The notes under the pieces are model-generated. The model was not told the DNA's origin and did not search any database. It was given only the letters and a program-made list of their open reading frames with translations. Shown one piece after another: positions 54,213-64,000 of a stretch of DNA of 64,000 nucleotides (position 1 is its first letter; the number at the start of each line of letters is the position of its first letter). Origin of the DNA: Octopus sinensis (taxonomy: Eukaryota); contig NW_021833726.1 in assembly GCF_006345805.1 (NCBI RefSeq), forward strand, positions 1,172 to 65,171, given 5' to 3'. The translations under genes and the position numbers were made by a program.

Positions 54213-54322
54213 GTATGAATATGTGAGCGTGTTTGTGTACATGTATGTATGTATATGTGTATGTTTGTGTGGGTGTGTATATAATATATATACATACATA
54301 TGTATACACAAACACTCACATG

Positions 54323-54365
<43 letters not shown>

Positions 54366-55499
54366 GCACTCATATACAGACGTACATTCCTACATGTGTG
54401 TGTGTGTCTGTGTCTGTGTATGTGTGAGTGTATGTGTGAGTGTATGTGTGAGTGAGTGATTTGTAAAACATGACTGATTTCAACTTTTATCTTTCTCATT
54501 TTAGATTTTCGGTATTTTCTTAGTTTCTTTTTCACAGCTATTATAGAACAATGAGTGTATGTACACATACACACACATGCACGCGAACACACACGCGCGC
54601 ACAAAGGCACACACACGCGTACGCATACGCGCACACACATATATATTAGACGAAAATGAGCCAAGCTAAACAAGTGACCGTAGTTAGAGGTATATATTTA
54701 AAAACAACAGGCAAATGTGGATAAATCAAATTAACTCGTGATAAATTCTTGATTCTTAGACATTACCTCCACATCTAGGGAATGTATAGCAAACGTTTGA
54801 GGCCAACTGGTACCAATGTTTAGCGAGAAGGGGAGCTAATATCAAGAATCAAGTATCTTCCAAAACTGATAAACTATTAGAGACAAGGCAGATTGATTGG
54901 CTGAAGACAAGTGAAGAGTTGTGGTCACGTGTTTCTGCCTCAATTGGTGGTACTTCAAGTGATTCCGGATTGCTGTGAAACTCGCTGATATAGATGACAG
55001 TTTATTTATGATATAAACCGTATCTACTGATTTATAATCAATTACATCGCCATGAATGTTAATTAAAAATGTAAATAGGGATACTGAGGTTGTGAATTCG
55101 ATGATTATTTCCACTTCTAGTTTTTGCCAGTCACATGTCAGCTCACCAGAGAAAAAGCCCAAACTGAACTTTGTGTTGCAGTCTATGATATGTATACACA
55201 AACACTCACATGTATATATATATGTATGTATATATATAAATATATATATATATGCACTCATATACAGACATACCTTCGTGGATAGATAGTGTTTCTCTAG
55301 TGCCACATCGAAGAGCTTGTGTTGTGGTCAAAATTTTCTCGAAATGAAAAAGCTCACTACGCCTGTGCTTTGAAGGTAACCAACAATATCTCATACGCTT
55401 CTCTACTATTTGATTTGTCGATTTAATTACATATACCAATACATCTTTCAGTAAATATTAATATATGATTCAAAAACACAATACTCTACCACAGTAAGG

Positions 55500-56230
55500 T
55501 AATCTCAGATATATATGAAAACTAAGGTTATACTTAAAATATTCCACGTGATTTAGGAATAACTGTAATTAAACACAGGGTCGAGTAACAGCAGATTCAC
55601 CGCAGACTTTACATTAAACGCTGTGAGTCTTATCCACAAAATTACACATTCTTTTGCAATGAGAAAAATTATCTTCAAACTAGGGATGGGAACCAAGTTT
55701 GCTTCAGTTTATCCAAACTAAATAATTGGATGTTTGGAAAAAAAGTGAATCAAATAGTAGAGGAGAACTATGGCACTGACTTTAGAAGGTATATAAAGGA
55801 CGTATGAAAAAATATCTTGGTGATTCCAAATTTGAACAAAATTTGTAGATATTTTGGAAGAATTCTGCGTCCTTCTGAACAATCTAAATCCAACTTGGAA
55901 ATTCACAAAGGAGATGAGCAAACAAAATAACCATTCCTCGATATAAAAGTACAGTACATACAAAGCGTAATACAAACTGGTCAGTATATCAACACAAAAG
56001 TCGAAGAATATTACAAAATGTAAATATGAAGTTTAAAAGAAGAAATCTCATCTACTTCACAAAACATTCGAATTCTGAAGAAATACATATTGATCAGACA
56101 GAAAATTCATTATCAGAACACACGGCAATACATTCGCAGCAAATTAGGGACGCTACTGTCTGTCAGATTGCAATCATTTACAAACGTAATAAAATGTTCT
56201 TAATGTACCTATTCTACAATCTTTATGGTT
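55500..56230 (+). mobile_element. Degenerate Penelope-like element reverse transcriptase fragment
   Basis: Frameshifted motifs NIPRDLGITVIKH, FFCNEKNYLQT, MGTKFASVYPN*IIGCLEKK, LNNLNPTWKFTKE, PFLDIKV, in the order of the PLE RT palm (NIP..QxxGxAMG..YxDD..IKFT..PFLD). Confidence 0.72.
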
Positions 56231-56280
56231 CGAGTGAAGTTAGAAGAGGAATGAGTAATTATATTGACAAATATGAGTGG

Positions 56281-56313
56281 GCAACAACAATAACAACAAC
56301 AATAATAATAATG

Positions 56314-56374
<61 letters not shown>

Positions 56375-56379
56375 TGATG

Positions 56380-56414
<35 letters not shown>

Positions 56415-56450
56415 GAAGAAGAAAAAGAAGAACAACAACAGCAACAAAAA
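56281..56450. repeat. (AAT/AAC/AAG)n microsatellite 5' of an R4 element
   Basis: Direct reading. Confidence 0.95.
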
Positions 56451-56454
56451 AACT

Positions 56455-57715
56455 ACTAATATCCAAGAACGTGCATCACCCAAAGGTAGACGTTGATCGT
56501 CTGTACCTACCCAGAAGTAATGGAGGAAGAGGAATGATGCAGGTAGAACTGTGCTATTAGACCTCCACAATAGCAATGAACAGGTAAGAGAGGAGGCTGC
56601 GGCTTGTGTGCAAACACAAAAATAGCAAAAAATCGCATTCGATTGTCAAAGAAGCTAGCAAATTCGCAAGGGAACTTGGTATTAGCTCTGAAATAGTTGA
56701 TGAACCTGAAACCCCTGCCACAAAACAGGCAAAATGTATCAAGTAGACTGCAAAAAAAAAAAAAAAGATCTAGCAGAAACAAATTGAGGAGCGGTGGAGC
56801 CAGAAGCCTCTGAATGGTCAGTATATACTTCGAAGTCGAAATGCTGATGTTGACCAAGTAACAACCCATCAGGGGCTGAGAAGTTCAGGACTGAAAGCAG
56901 AGACTGAAGGTTTCATATTAGCAGCACAAGATTAAGGCTTGCTAGCAAAAAAACTACCACGTTAACGTTTTTAAAAACGTTTCTGACCCTATGTGCAGAT
57001 TCTGTGACACATTTGACGAAACAATAGACCATCTCGTTTCGGGATATCCTGTGCGGACACCATACGAATACAAATATCGCCACGATAGGGTAGGACATTG
57101 GAAAATATGCAAACACTACAAAATCACCACTCCTACTTACCGGTATGAACATCATCCTGAGCCAGTTGTTGAAGGTAAAAATGTCAATATCCTCTGAGTC
57201 TTTCCAGTCAACACTGACAGAATGACCCAGGCTAATCGACCAGACATAATTATTGAAGACAGGGAAGAAAACACTTAAAGGTTAATAGATGTAAGTGTTC
57301 CCACTCATAAAAATACATCTGTCTCGGAATTTGACAAACTGAGTAAATATAACGACCAGGAAATTGAAATACAAAATATGTGGCATCTTAAAGCAAGAAC
57401 TGGTCCTGTTATTGTACGTGACTTAGGTATGATAAAAAAAGGATGTCAGAAACATCTAGATAAGATCCCAGGAGAACCATGTCTCAGAGAAATTCAAAAG
57501 ATTGTGCTGACAAGTACTGCCCACATTCTTTAAAAAAAACCTTATCTATGTAAATATCTGTGTTGTATTATATGAATATATTTCGCTACTGCCCCTGCCC
57601 TATCCCCTCCCTAAGTTGTCAGTCAAGCGGCAACATCTCTTATTCTTCACTCGCCCTAGGACGCTGGGTGTGTCTCGGTAACTAATTGTAACAAACATGC
57701 AAATTAAAAGTAAAA
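56455..57715 (+). mobile_element. R4/Dong-clade element 3' half flanked by (TAA)n/(AAC)n
   Basis: HPKVDVDRLYLPRSNGGRGMMQVE, LKAETEGFILAAQD, CRFCDTFDETIDHLVSG, ANRPDIII, LIDVSVP, STAHIL. Confidence 0.92.
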
Positions 57716-57742
57716 ACAACAACAACAACACACAAAAACAAC

Positions 57743-57804
<62 letters not shown>

Positions 57805-57819
57805 GTTTTGGTTCAATTT

Positions 57820-58570
57820 CCACCGATCAACCTTTTAAGGTTGCAAAAAATGTCGCTAGCCTTGCTTATATTCTGTCGCAGATTACCTTTTTCCTATTTT
57901 TTATGTCATCATTAGTATCATTGTCTTCTTCCAAACTATCTATATGTCTCTCATTCAGCTAGCTATCGCCGTTCCTTTCCTGTGCTTTATAAGAGATTTC
58001 ACCTCTGTTTTCTGCTATGAGATTACTTTTACTCGTCTTTTGATAGCTTCGAGCTCTACTTCTGTGAACGAAAGATTTTTTTAATGCTCTAGCATGATCT
58101 CATAATCTCTGTTCCGTGAGTTGAAGCAATCCTCTTTCTCACTATTGATCATACATATGTCGTCGGTTTCCCCTAATATGAATACCAATTTCCTATACAG
58201 GGTTCTTCAGATAATAACACTCCATGACCAAAGCATTGACTTGTTTGTTCCATCTACGCCATGTGTGTTGGTCTCTTGCTGGATAACGACAGGCTGGGCT
58301 CGGACGAGTATCTCTGACCTGCCAGGTGCAACACTGTCACCATCAAGGGCTTCAGTTTCATTACTACCGTTATTCACAATATTTTGTTTTTTCATTGTCA
58401 CTCATATGAGGTGGAGATTATCAGGTTGTGCACTTACCAGTGTTTTTATTGTAATCCCATCACTAGATGGATCATCAATCAGGACATAGGGAGATTCCAA
58501 CCACTTCCTTTCATTATTATTATTATCTTCACCGATATTATTATTTTCATTTTTTTTCTATCTGTCATTG
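57820..58570 (-). mobile_element. 5' (N-terminal) fragment of an R4/Dong-clade ORF
   Basis: RWNKQVNALVMECYYL..LTEQRL*DHAR..TEVELEAIKRRV resembles the N-terminal region of R4/Dong ORFs. Confidence 0.6.
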
Positions 58571-58650
58571 TTAATATTTCCTCTGATCCGATATGAGTTG
58601 TGGCTTAATTATTATTGCTATTGTTGTTGTTGTTATTATTATTATTATTA

Positions 58651-58681
<31 letters not shown>

Positions 58682-58730
58682 GTTGGTGTTGTTGTTGTTG
58701 TTGTTATTATTATTATATTATTATTATTAT

Positions 58731-59320
58731 TGAGTGAGAGAGCAGTGCATGCCATCAAAGTGACACTGGGGTAAAATATACGAAGCCCAATATACCCATC
58801 ATGACTACCCGTCTGATAAAGTACACCAGGCACATGCATCACAACCATATGTGCGCGACATGGTGATCTCATATCAAGATAAACAGCACATGACCTTGCA
58901 GGTGGGGCCCAGTTAGATTTTCTTCAGGTTGAGTAGCCCATCCCGCTCAAAAGTCCCTGAATAAGGGTTGTTTAAGGATGTTGAAAGAACCACCCATGTT
59001 TCCAGAGGTGAATTATTAAAACCTCCAAGAATCCCTCTCAACACATGGCTATGATGCTCCCCCACTACATCTGCTCGTGATCAGAGATGCACATATCGTC
59101 AGCCCCTAAGGGACATGCTCAACTGGTTACGGTCAAACAACTGACAAGCAAATCTGTGGTATTGAGCAGAATATTTGCTGTAGCCCATCTTTTATACCAA
59201 GACAAAACGGTATTGAGCAGAATATTTGCTGTAGCCCATCCTTAGGTATTGAGCAGAATATTTGCTGTAGCCCATCTTTGGTATTGAGCAGAATATTTGC
59301 TGTAGCCCATCTTTGGTATT
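58731..59320 (-). mobile_element. (TAA)n-tailed repeat family, copy 3 with reiterated 5' end
   Basis: Homologue of 4017-4484; 32-bp 5' segment repeated four times. Confidence 0.8.
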
Positions 59321-59800
59321 ATTATTATTATTATTATTTGTATTTATTATTAAATGGTATTATTAAATGGTGTTCAGTTTCAATTTTTCTCTTGTACTTG
59401 AGATAATCATAAATATGTGAGGGTTGAAGGGAATAGTAGGAGGAAGAGAAGTTGCTTAGTGACTAGAACAAATTCTACAGGTCTGTAAATAGATTCGGCA
59501 GATGGTGGGGTGGGGTCAGCAATGGGCATTCCTGTGCGATAAGGAAACAAAAGCGGCCTCACATCCTTGGGGTCAACAGAGGTCAAATGTGTTTACTACT
59601 ACTAACGATCAATGAGAGCGCTGACCATGGACTTGAAAAGAACCAATTCACCTTGATCTATTTTTAATTACTGATAGAATAATATATATATATATTGATA
59701 GAAATGGTAAGACAACAAAAGAAAAGAAAGGGACCTCGATATTGTGTAAATAGAAGAATTTATCTATAACTATGATATGTGACAATTATTCGGTAGCCAT

Positions 59801-59861
59801 GATAAAACTCCGAGTTTCGGATGTTGGGGTGGAAACCCACGCCAGCATCTCTTCAGTTATC
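59801..59861 (-). ncRNA. Type-I hammerhead motif, intact core
   Basis: GAUAA-CUGAAGA-GAUG...CAUC-C-GAA-ACUC(G)GAGU-U-UUAUC; long helix II. Confidence 0.8.
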
Positions 59862-59900
59862 CGGCCATCAGTCATTTTCATAGCACTTTTTCGATGGCCG

Positions 59901-59961
59901 GATAACTGAAGAGATGGCGGCGTGGGTTTCCACCCCAACATCCGAGACTCGGAGTTTTATC
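59901..59961 (+). ncRNA. Inverted copy of the 59801 hammerhead, with A14G
   Basis: Right arm of the inverted repeat reads GAG-ACUC(G)GAGU instead of GAA-ACUC. Confidence 0.65.
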
Positions 59962-60067
59962 ATGGCTACAGAATAATTTACACATTATATTTACAGATAC
60001 ATACATACACATACACACACATACACACACACACACAGACACACACAGACACACACACACACACACA

Positions 60068-60098
<31 letters not shown>

Positions 60099-60099
60099 C

Positions 60100-60184
<85 letters not shown>

Positions 60185-60399
60185 GATGTTCACATCGTTG
60201 AATCTTGAATTTCTGAACTCTTCTTTTTGTAGTTCTTTTCTTTTTATAAGTTTTGCTGCGGTTTACAGTTTTTGTAATTGTGCTGTTTGTATATATTGAC
60301 AGGTGCTTACTGCTTAATTTTTCCTTATTATTCGGGCAGTCAGAGAGAAAAGAAGGATAAAATCTTCAAACAAAATTGTAGATATTAAAGTTTTTACAA

Positions 60400-60695
60400 G
60401 ACTAAACGTGATTTAAAACTGGAAACGGAGGCTCTAATCTGTGCTGTCTAAGAGCAAGCATTAAGAACCAATAACATCAAATACAGAAGAGACAACACAT
60501 CAGAAAGTGATAAGTGTAGAATTTGTGGACAAATGGTGAAACCGTATGGCATATTACCAGTCAATATACGCCACTAGCCCAGAAAGAATATGATACATCA
60601 TGACAATATAATAAGGATTGTTCATTGGATGCTTTGCAACAAGTATGGACTTGACGAGGAAAAAAAATTTGGTGCGAACATATATAATATATATA

Positions 60696-60726
<31 letters not shown>

Positions 60727-60796
60727 CGAAACACGATAATGCAAAGATCCTATGGGATTTTATGATTCAGTGCGACCATGAGAGAAAGAGAGAGAG

Positions 60797-60836
<40 letters not shown>

Positions 60837-60938
60837 TAGGAAACCAGATATAGTTTTGAGGAAGAAAGCAAACGATGCTGGATCATAAATATAGTATACC
60901 CAGCTGACAACAAGGTATGCGATAAGGAAGATAAGGTA
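60400..60938 (+). mobile_element. R4/Dong fragment, same family as 21376-22440, broken by (TA)n and (GA)n
   Basis: Co-linear DNA similarity to about 21797-22265 (gaggctctaatctgtgctg; gcaaagatcctatgggattttatgattcagtgcgaccatgag). Confidence 0.88.
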
Positions 60939-60939
60939 G

Positions 60940-61260
60940 GTGGCGTCACTCTTCCTGTACATGACCAAACGCAACGAGCTGAGACCATGTCTCATTACCT
61001 GTGATGGTGGTCTTCAGACCAGCATGTCCTAAGCGATTTTCATGCGGAGTTACTTCTGCTGCTCCGCCAGCACCTCGGAGACGAAATTTCGTCAACACAC
61101 TCCGCATGCACAAGGCCTCCATTAAAACGGAATGCACTAATTCTGTGCTTACTCCAACATTGTAATCGATTTCATGGATTGTGACGCGATGGTCTTCCAT
61201 AACTATTTGCTGAACCCTCTCAATCGGCTCCTCGTTTCATTTAATTTTCCACAATTCAAT
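60940..61260 (-). mobile_element. Mariner transposase fragment
   Basis: EDHRVTIHEI..VHSVLMEALCMR..ITGNETW. Confidence 0.75.
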
Positions 61261-61427
61261 TGTTTTTCATGCTTTGCACTTGAAAAAGTTGCATAGACTG
61301 AAACCGGTACTAAAATGTTCTTCCTGATAAAATTATTTTCGTATTTTCTACCTTGTCTTTTTCCTTATATATACATACATACAAACACACACACATACAT
61401 AATACATACATACATACAAAGATATAT

Positions 61428-61471
<44 letters not shown>

Positions 61472-61473
<2 letters not shown>

Positions 61474-61610
61474 TGGAGTAAACACATAACGTGAAACAAG
61501 TGGAAAAAAGAGTACTCAAATACCAGTGGTAGAGTAATATGCTTTATTTGAGCAGCAGAAAATTCAACAAACCTGTTACTCTGAGTTTCCCGTTGCCGTT
61601 CATCGGACAG
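61472..61610 (-). mobile_element. (TA)n-anchored hammerhead mini-element, 3-copy family
   Basis: Homologous to 19101-19247; abuts (TA)n at about 61430-61471. Confidence 0.72.
61573..61610 (-). ncRNA. Minimal type-I hammerhead motif (U4C)
   Basis: CUGU-CCGAUGA-A-CG(GCAA)CG-G-GAA-ACUC(A)GAGU-A-ACAG; one base different from 19108. Confidence 0.75.
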
Positions 61611-62126
61611 TTTCATTTTAACCTATTTTCAATCATCTGTATAAATAATATATCTGCATATGTATGTATGTTATATATATATATATATATATATTAATAT
61701 AGATATATATATATATATATATATATATTATTACATTATATAAAAGGGCTTAGTAAAATAAATTACTTTGCCGCATACTGAACTCATTAGAAATAGCAGC
61801 TAAAAAAACTTTTTTAAAACTATTTCTAATACTTAAAGAAAACCTCTCTCATATAGTGTTTGCTCAATTCAACTCACGCAAAATATCGCATATTTGCGTG
61901 AGTTGAATTGAGCAAAACTATATGAGAGAGGTTTTCTTCAAGTATTAGAAATAGTTTTAAAAAAGTTTTTTTAGCTCTATTTCTAATGAGTTCAGTATGC
62001 GGCAAAGTATTTATTTTACTAAGCCCTTTTATATAATGTAATAATTTGAATTCGCCTTAAATGGTCCCTTTGCATACTGAATACTTGGTGAAATTGATTA
62101 ATAATTAATTTTACCCTCAATTGTTG

Positions 62127-62172
<46 letters not shown>

Positions 62173-62367
62173 GTATGACAAAGTTATTGACGATTCCCTT
62201 AAATCAGAGTTACGCATATTACTCCAGAATATGCCATGACAATCTCATCGTCTCATAATACGTTATTATATATTCGAAAGTGCATTATTTCATATCAGTT
62301 TCACTTCGCATGGAAGAGAGTCTATATAATGTATATAAGTAATGTCTCGATGTTAGTCTTCGGTTAA

Positions 62368-62591
62368 CCCATTAAGTCGCAGAGTACTTAAATATTTGAA
62401 TATTAATTTTAAATTTATACAGACGATTGAAAATAGGTTAAAATGAAACAAATAATTATTAAAACTCCTTTACTTCAAGTACAAATGGAAATACTCGGTG
62501 TCCTATAAATAGGACACTGAGACAATGTAATATAGCTTATCTAATGTTCTCATTTAGTGTCCTATTTATAAGGACAGTGGGACTTAATGGG
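62368..62591. mobile_element. piggyBac-type MITE
   Basis: TTAA-CCCATTAAGTC...GACTTAATGGG-TTAA; internal palindromic gtgtcctat(a)aataggacac repeats. Confidence 0.72.
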
Positions 62592-63084
62592 TTAAGATAT
62601 AATATAGTATATCGATTGGTAGTAGCCTCGAATTAGAATGACTAAGCAAAGAAGGTAGTTATGCGATGAACGGTCCCCGTGAAATTTAACGGTCCCCGTG
62701 AAATAGTTTGAAATGTTTCAAGTCATCCGTTTTCTATGAGATATGCTTATCTGACCAATGCAATTTTTGTCACATCCTCAGTATGCTATGAAATAAATCA
62801 TGCTTTTTATGGGTTATGTCTTAATGTAAAGAATGTAAAATGCCTTTCTATTTCATTTCATCCTACATCGTGGTCTCAAGATATCCCATTACTATGTTTG
62901 CATACATAGAGACTATCTTGGTTCTTATTAAAGTTTCAAATGTTTATTTGTATATTCTTAGGCCAAGATCCAAAACGTTCTTTTTCTATACTAAATTGTA
63001 CTTATTCAATGATAAATACCTTTTCATATACTAGCAAGCCATGAGAATATTAAAGAAAAAAGCACCATTTATATATATATATTT

Positions 63085-63648
63085 ATATATTTAGTCTTTG
63101 ACTATTTTCTCTTTTCCACTAGGCCGCTGGTAGCGATAAATTTCTATTGAATTTTTTGCTACCCTAAATTGATTAATTGATAATTTTCTGACTAATTCTG
63201 AGATTGAATCGGCAGTTTATATTTACTGCTGATAAGTTGACGCGAATACGTTGGTCTTGAAAATTTTAAGACAGATATTCCGGAGGCATTGATACAGACG
63301 CCTCGTGTATATTTGTCTCTCCCAGGTTTTTTACTGATGAAGTGTGACCTATTGTAGATTAGCTTAATTTAATTTATTAAGCTAGTTTATCATGAAAAAC
63401 ACAGAAAACGATGCATCGTCTAAAAGATGAATTAGGGTAAACGTTTTTAAATTTCACCTAATTTCTGAATTACTACTACTTGGCGGTTTGAGTTCTGGCT
63501 GCTCTCTCTGGGTGGACGAATGGCCTGTTAAGGCCATTCCTAAATGTGTTATATTATATATTTAGTCATTGACTATTTTCTCTTTTCCACTAGGCCGCTG
63601 GTAGCGATAAATTTCTATTGAATTTTTTGCTACCCTAAATTGATTAAT
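63085..63648 (+). mobile_element. 471-bp hammerhead unit plus 93-bp terminal direct repeat, in (TA)n
   Basis: 63085-63177 equals 63556-63648 with one mismatch; hammerhead at 63328. Confidence 0.72.
63328..63426 (+). ncRNA. Type-I hammerhead motif with extended helix II
   Basis: UUUUUA-CUGAUGA-A-GUGU...[UAGCUUAAU/AUUAAGCUA hairpin]...ACAC-A-GAA-(A)-ACGAUGCAUCGU-C-UAAAAG; 12-nt palindromic helix III, GUC triplet, one extra A. Confidence 0.72.
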
Positions 63649-64000
63649 ATATATATATAATAATATATATATATATTATATATATATATAGATCAAATCC
63701 TCGTTGATCAACTTCCTTTCTCTACCTCACTTTTCATGGATGGACTAACACAAATATATAAAGATACCATGCATTCATCACTTCAAGCTAAAAACTTATA
63801 TTCTTAAATATCATTTTTACTATTGTTGTTATTACATCATTTTATTATAAATGATATGACAATTTGAAATGCAATGTCTATGCAGATTTATATTATTAGA
63901 AATAATGTAAATAAGTGTTAAAATCTGAAAGTTAAGTTAACAAGCAATTATATAAAAAAGATAATGCAAATGAAGCTAAAATGATAGTTTTATAATTGGG

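Noticed and set aside
59158-59311. 32-bp direct repeats superficially like a CRISPR array
   Set aside because: Eukaryotic context, spacers of 3-19 bp, no cas genes; it is the reiterated 5' end of a retroposon.
47797-62045. The idea that all fold-backs and tandem copies are long-read or assembly artefacts
   Set aside because: Not adopted as a general explanation, because some arms are clearly diverged (47202, 19412, 59786) and the structures consistently coincide with ribozyme elements. It is not excluded for the near-identical ones (47797, 51174, 61727).

Overview
AT-rich, microsatellite-laden eukaryotic DNA. The tRNA-derived SINE families look like those of Octopus, so a coleoid cephalopod is inferred. 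The only host coding sequence I can support is one 231-bp minus-strand exon (20812-21042) encoding the PAS domain of an Eag-subfamily voltage-gated K+ channel (eag / KCNH1-5-like). I could not find exons 1 or 3, so most or all of the window is probably intronic. The rest is decayed mobile DNA: many SINEs, about 11 R4/Dong-type non-LTR retrotransposon fragments mostly next to (TAA)n tracts, RTE fragments, Tc1/mariner, maT, Tigger and piggyBac-type DNA elements, and a Penelope-like RT remnant. The most striking signal is invisible to the ORF track. At least 12 loci from about 9 sequence-unrelated families carry type-I hammerhead ribozyme motifs, most minimal with palindromic helix III, inside short elements whose 3' ends abut (TA)n microsatellites. 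They occur as tandem (479-nt and 471-nt units), inverted and fold-back arrangements, and include core variants (G3:C8 swap, U4C). Penelope-associated hammerheads are known in animals. The diversity, core variants, (TA)n polarity and density inside a neuronal ion-channel gene are what merit follow-up. All folds were done by eye and no activity has been tested. Nearly all long ORFs in the track are microsatellite artefacts.
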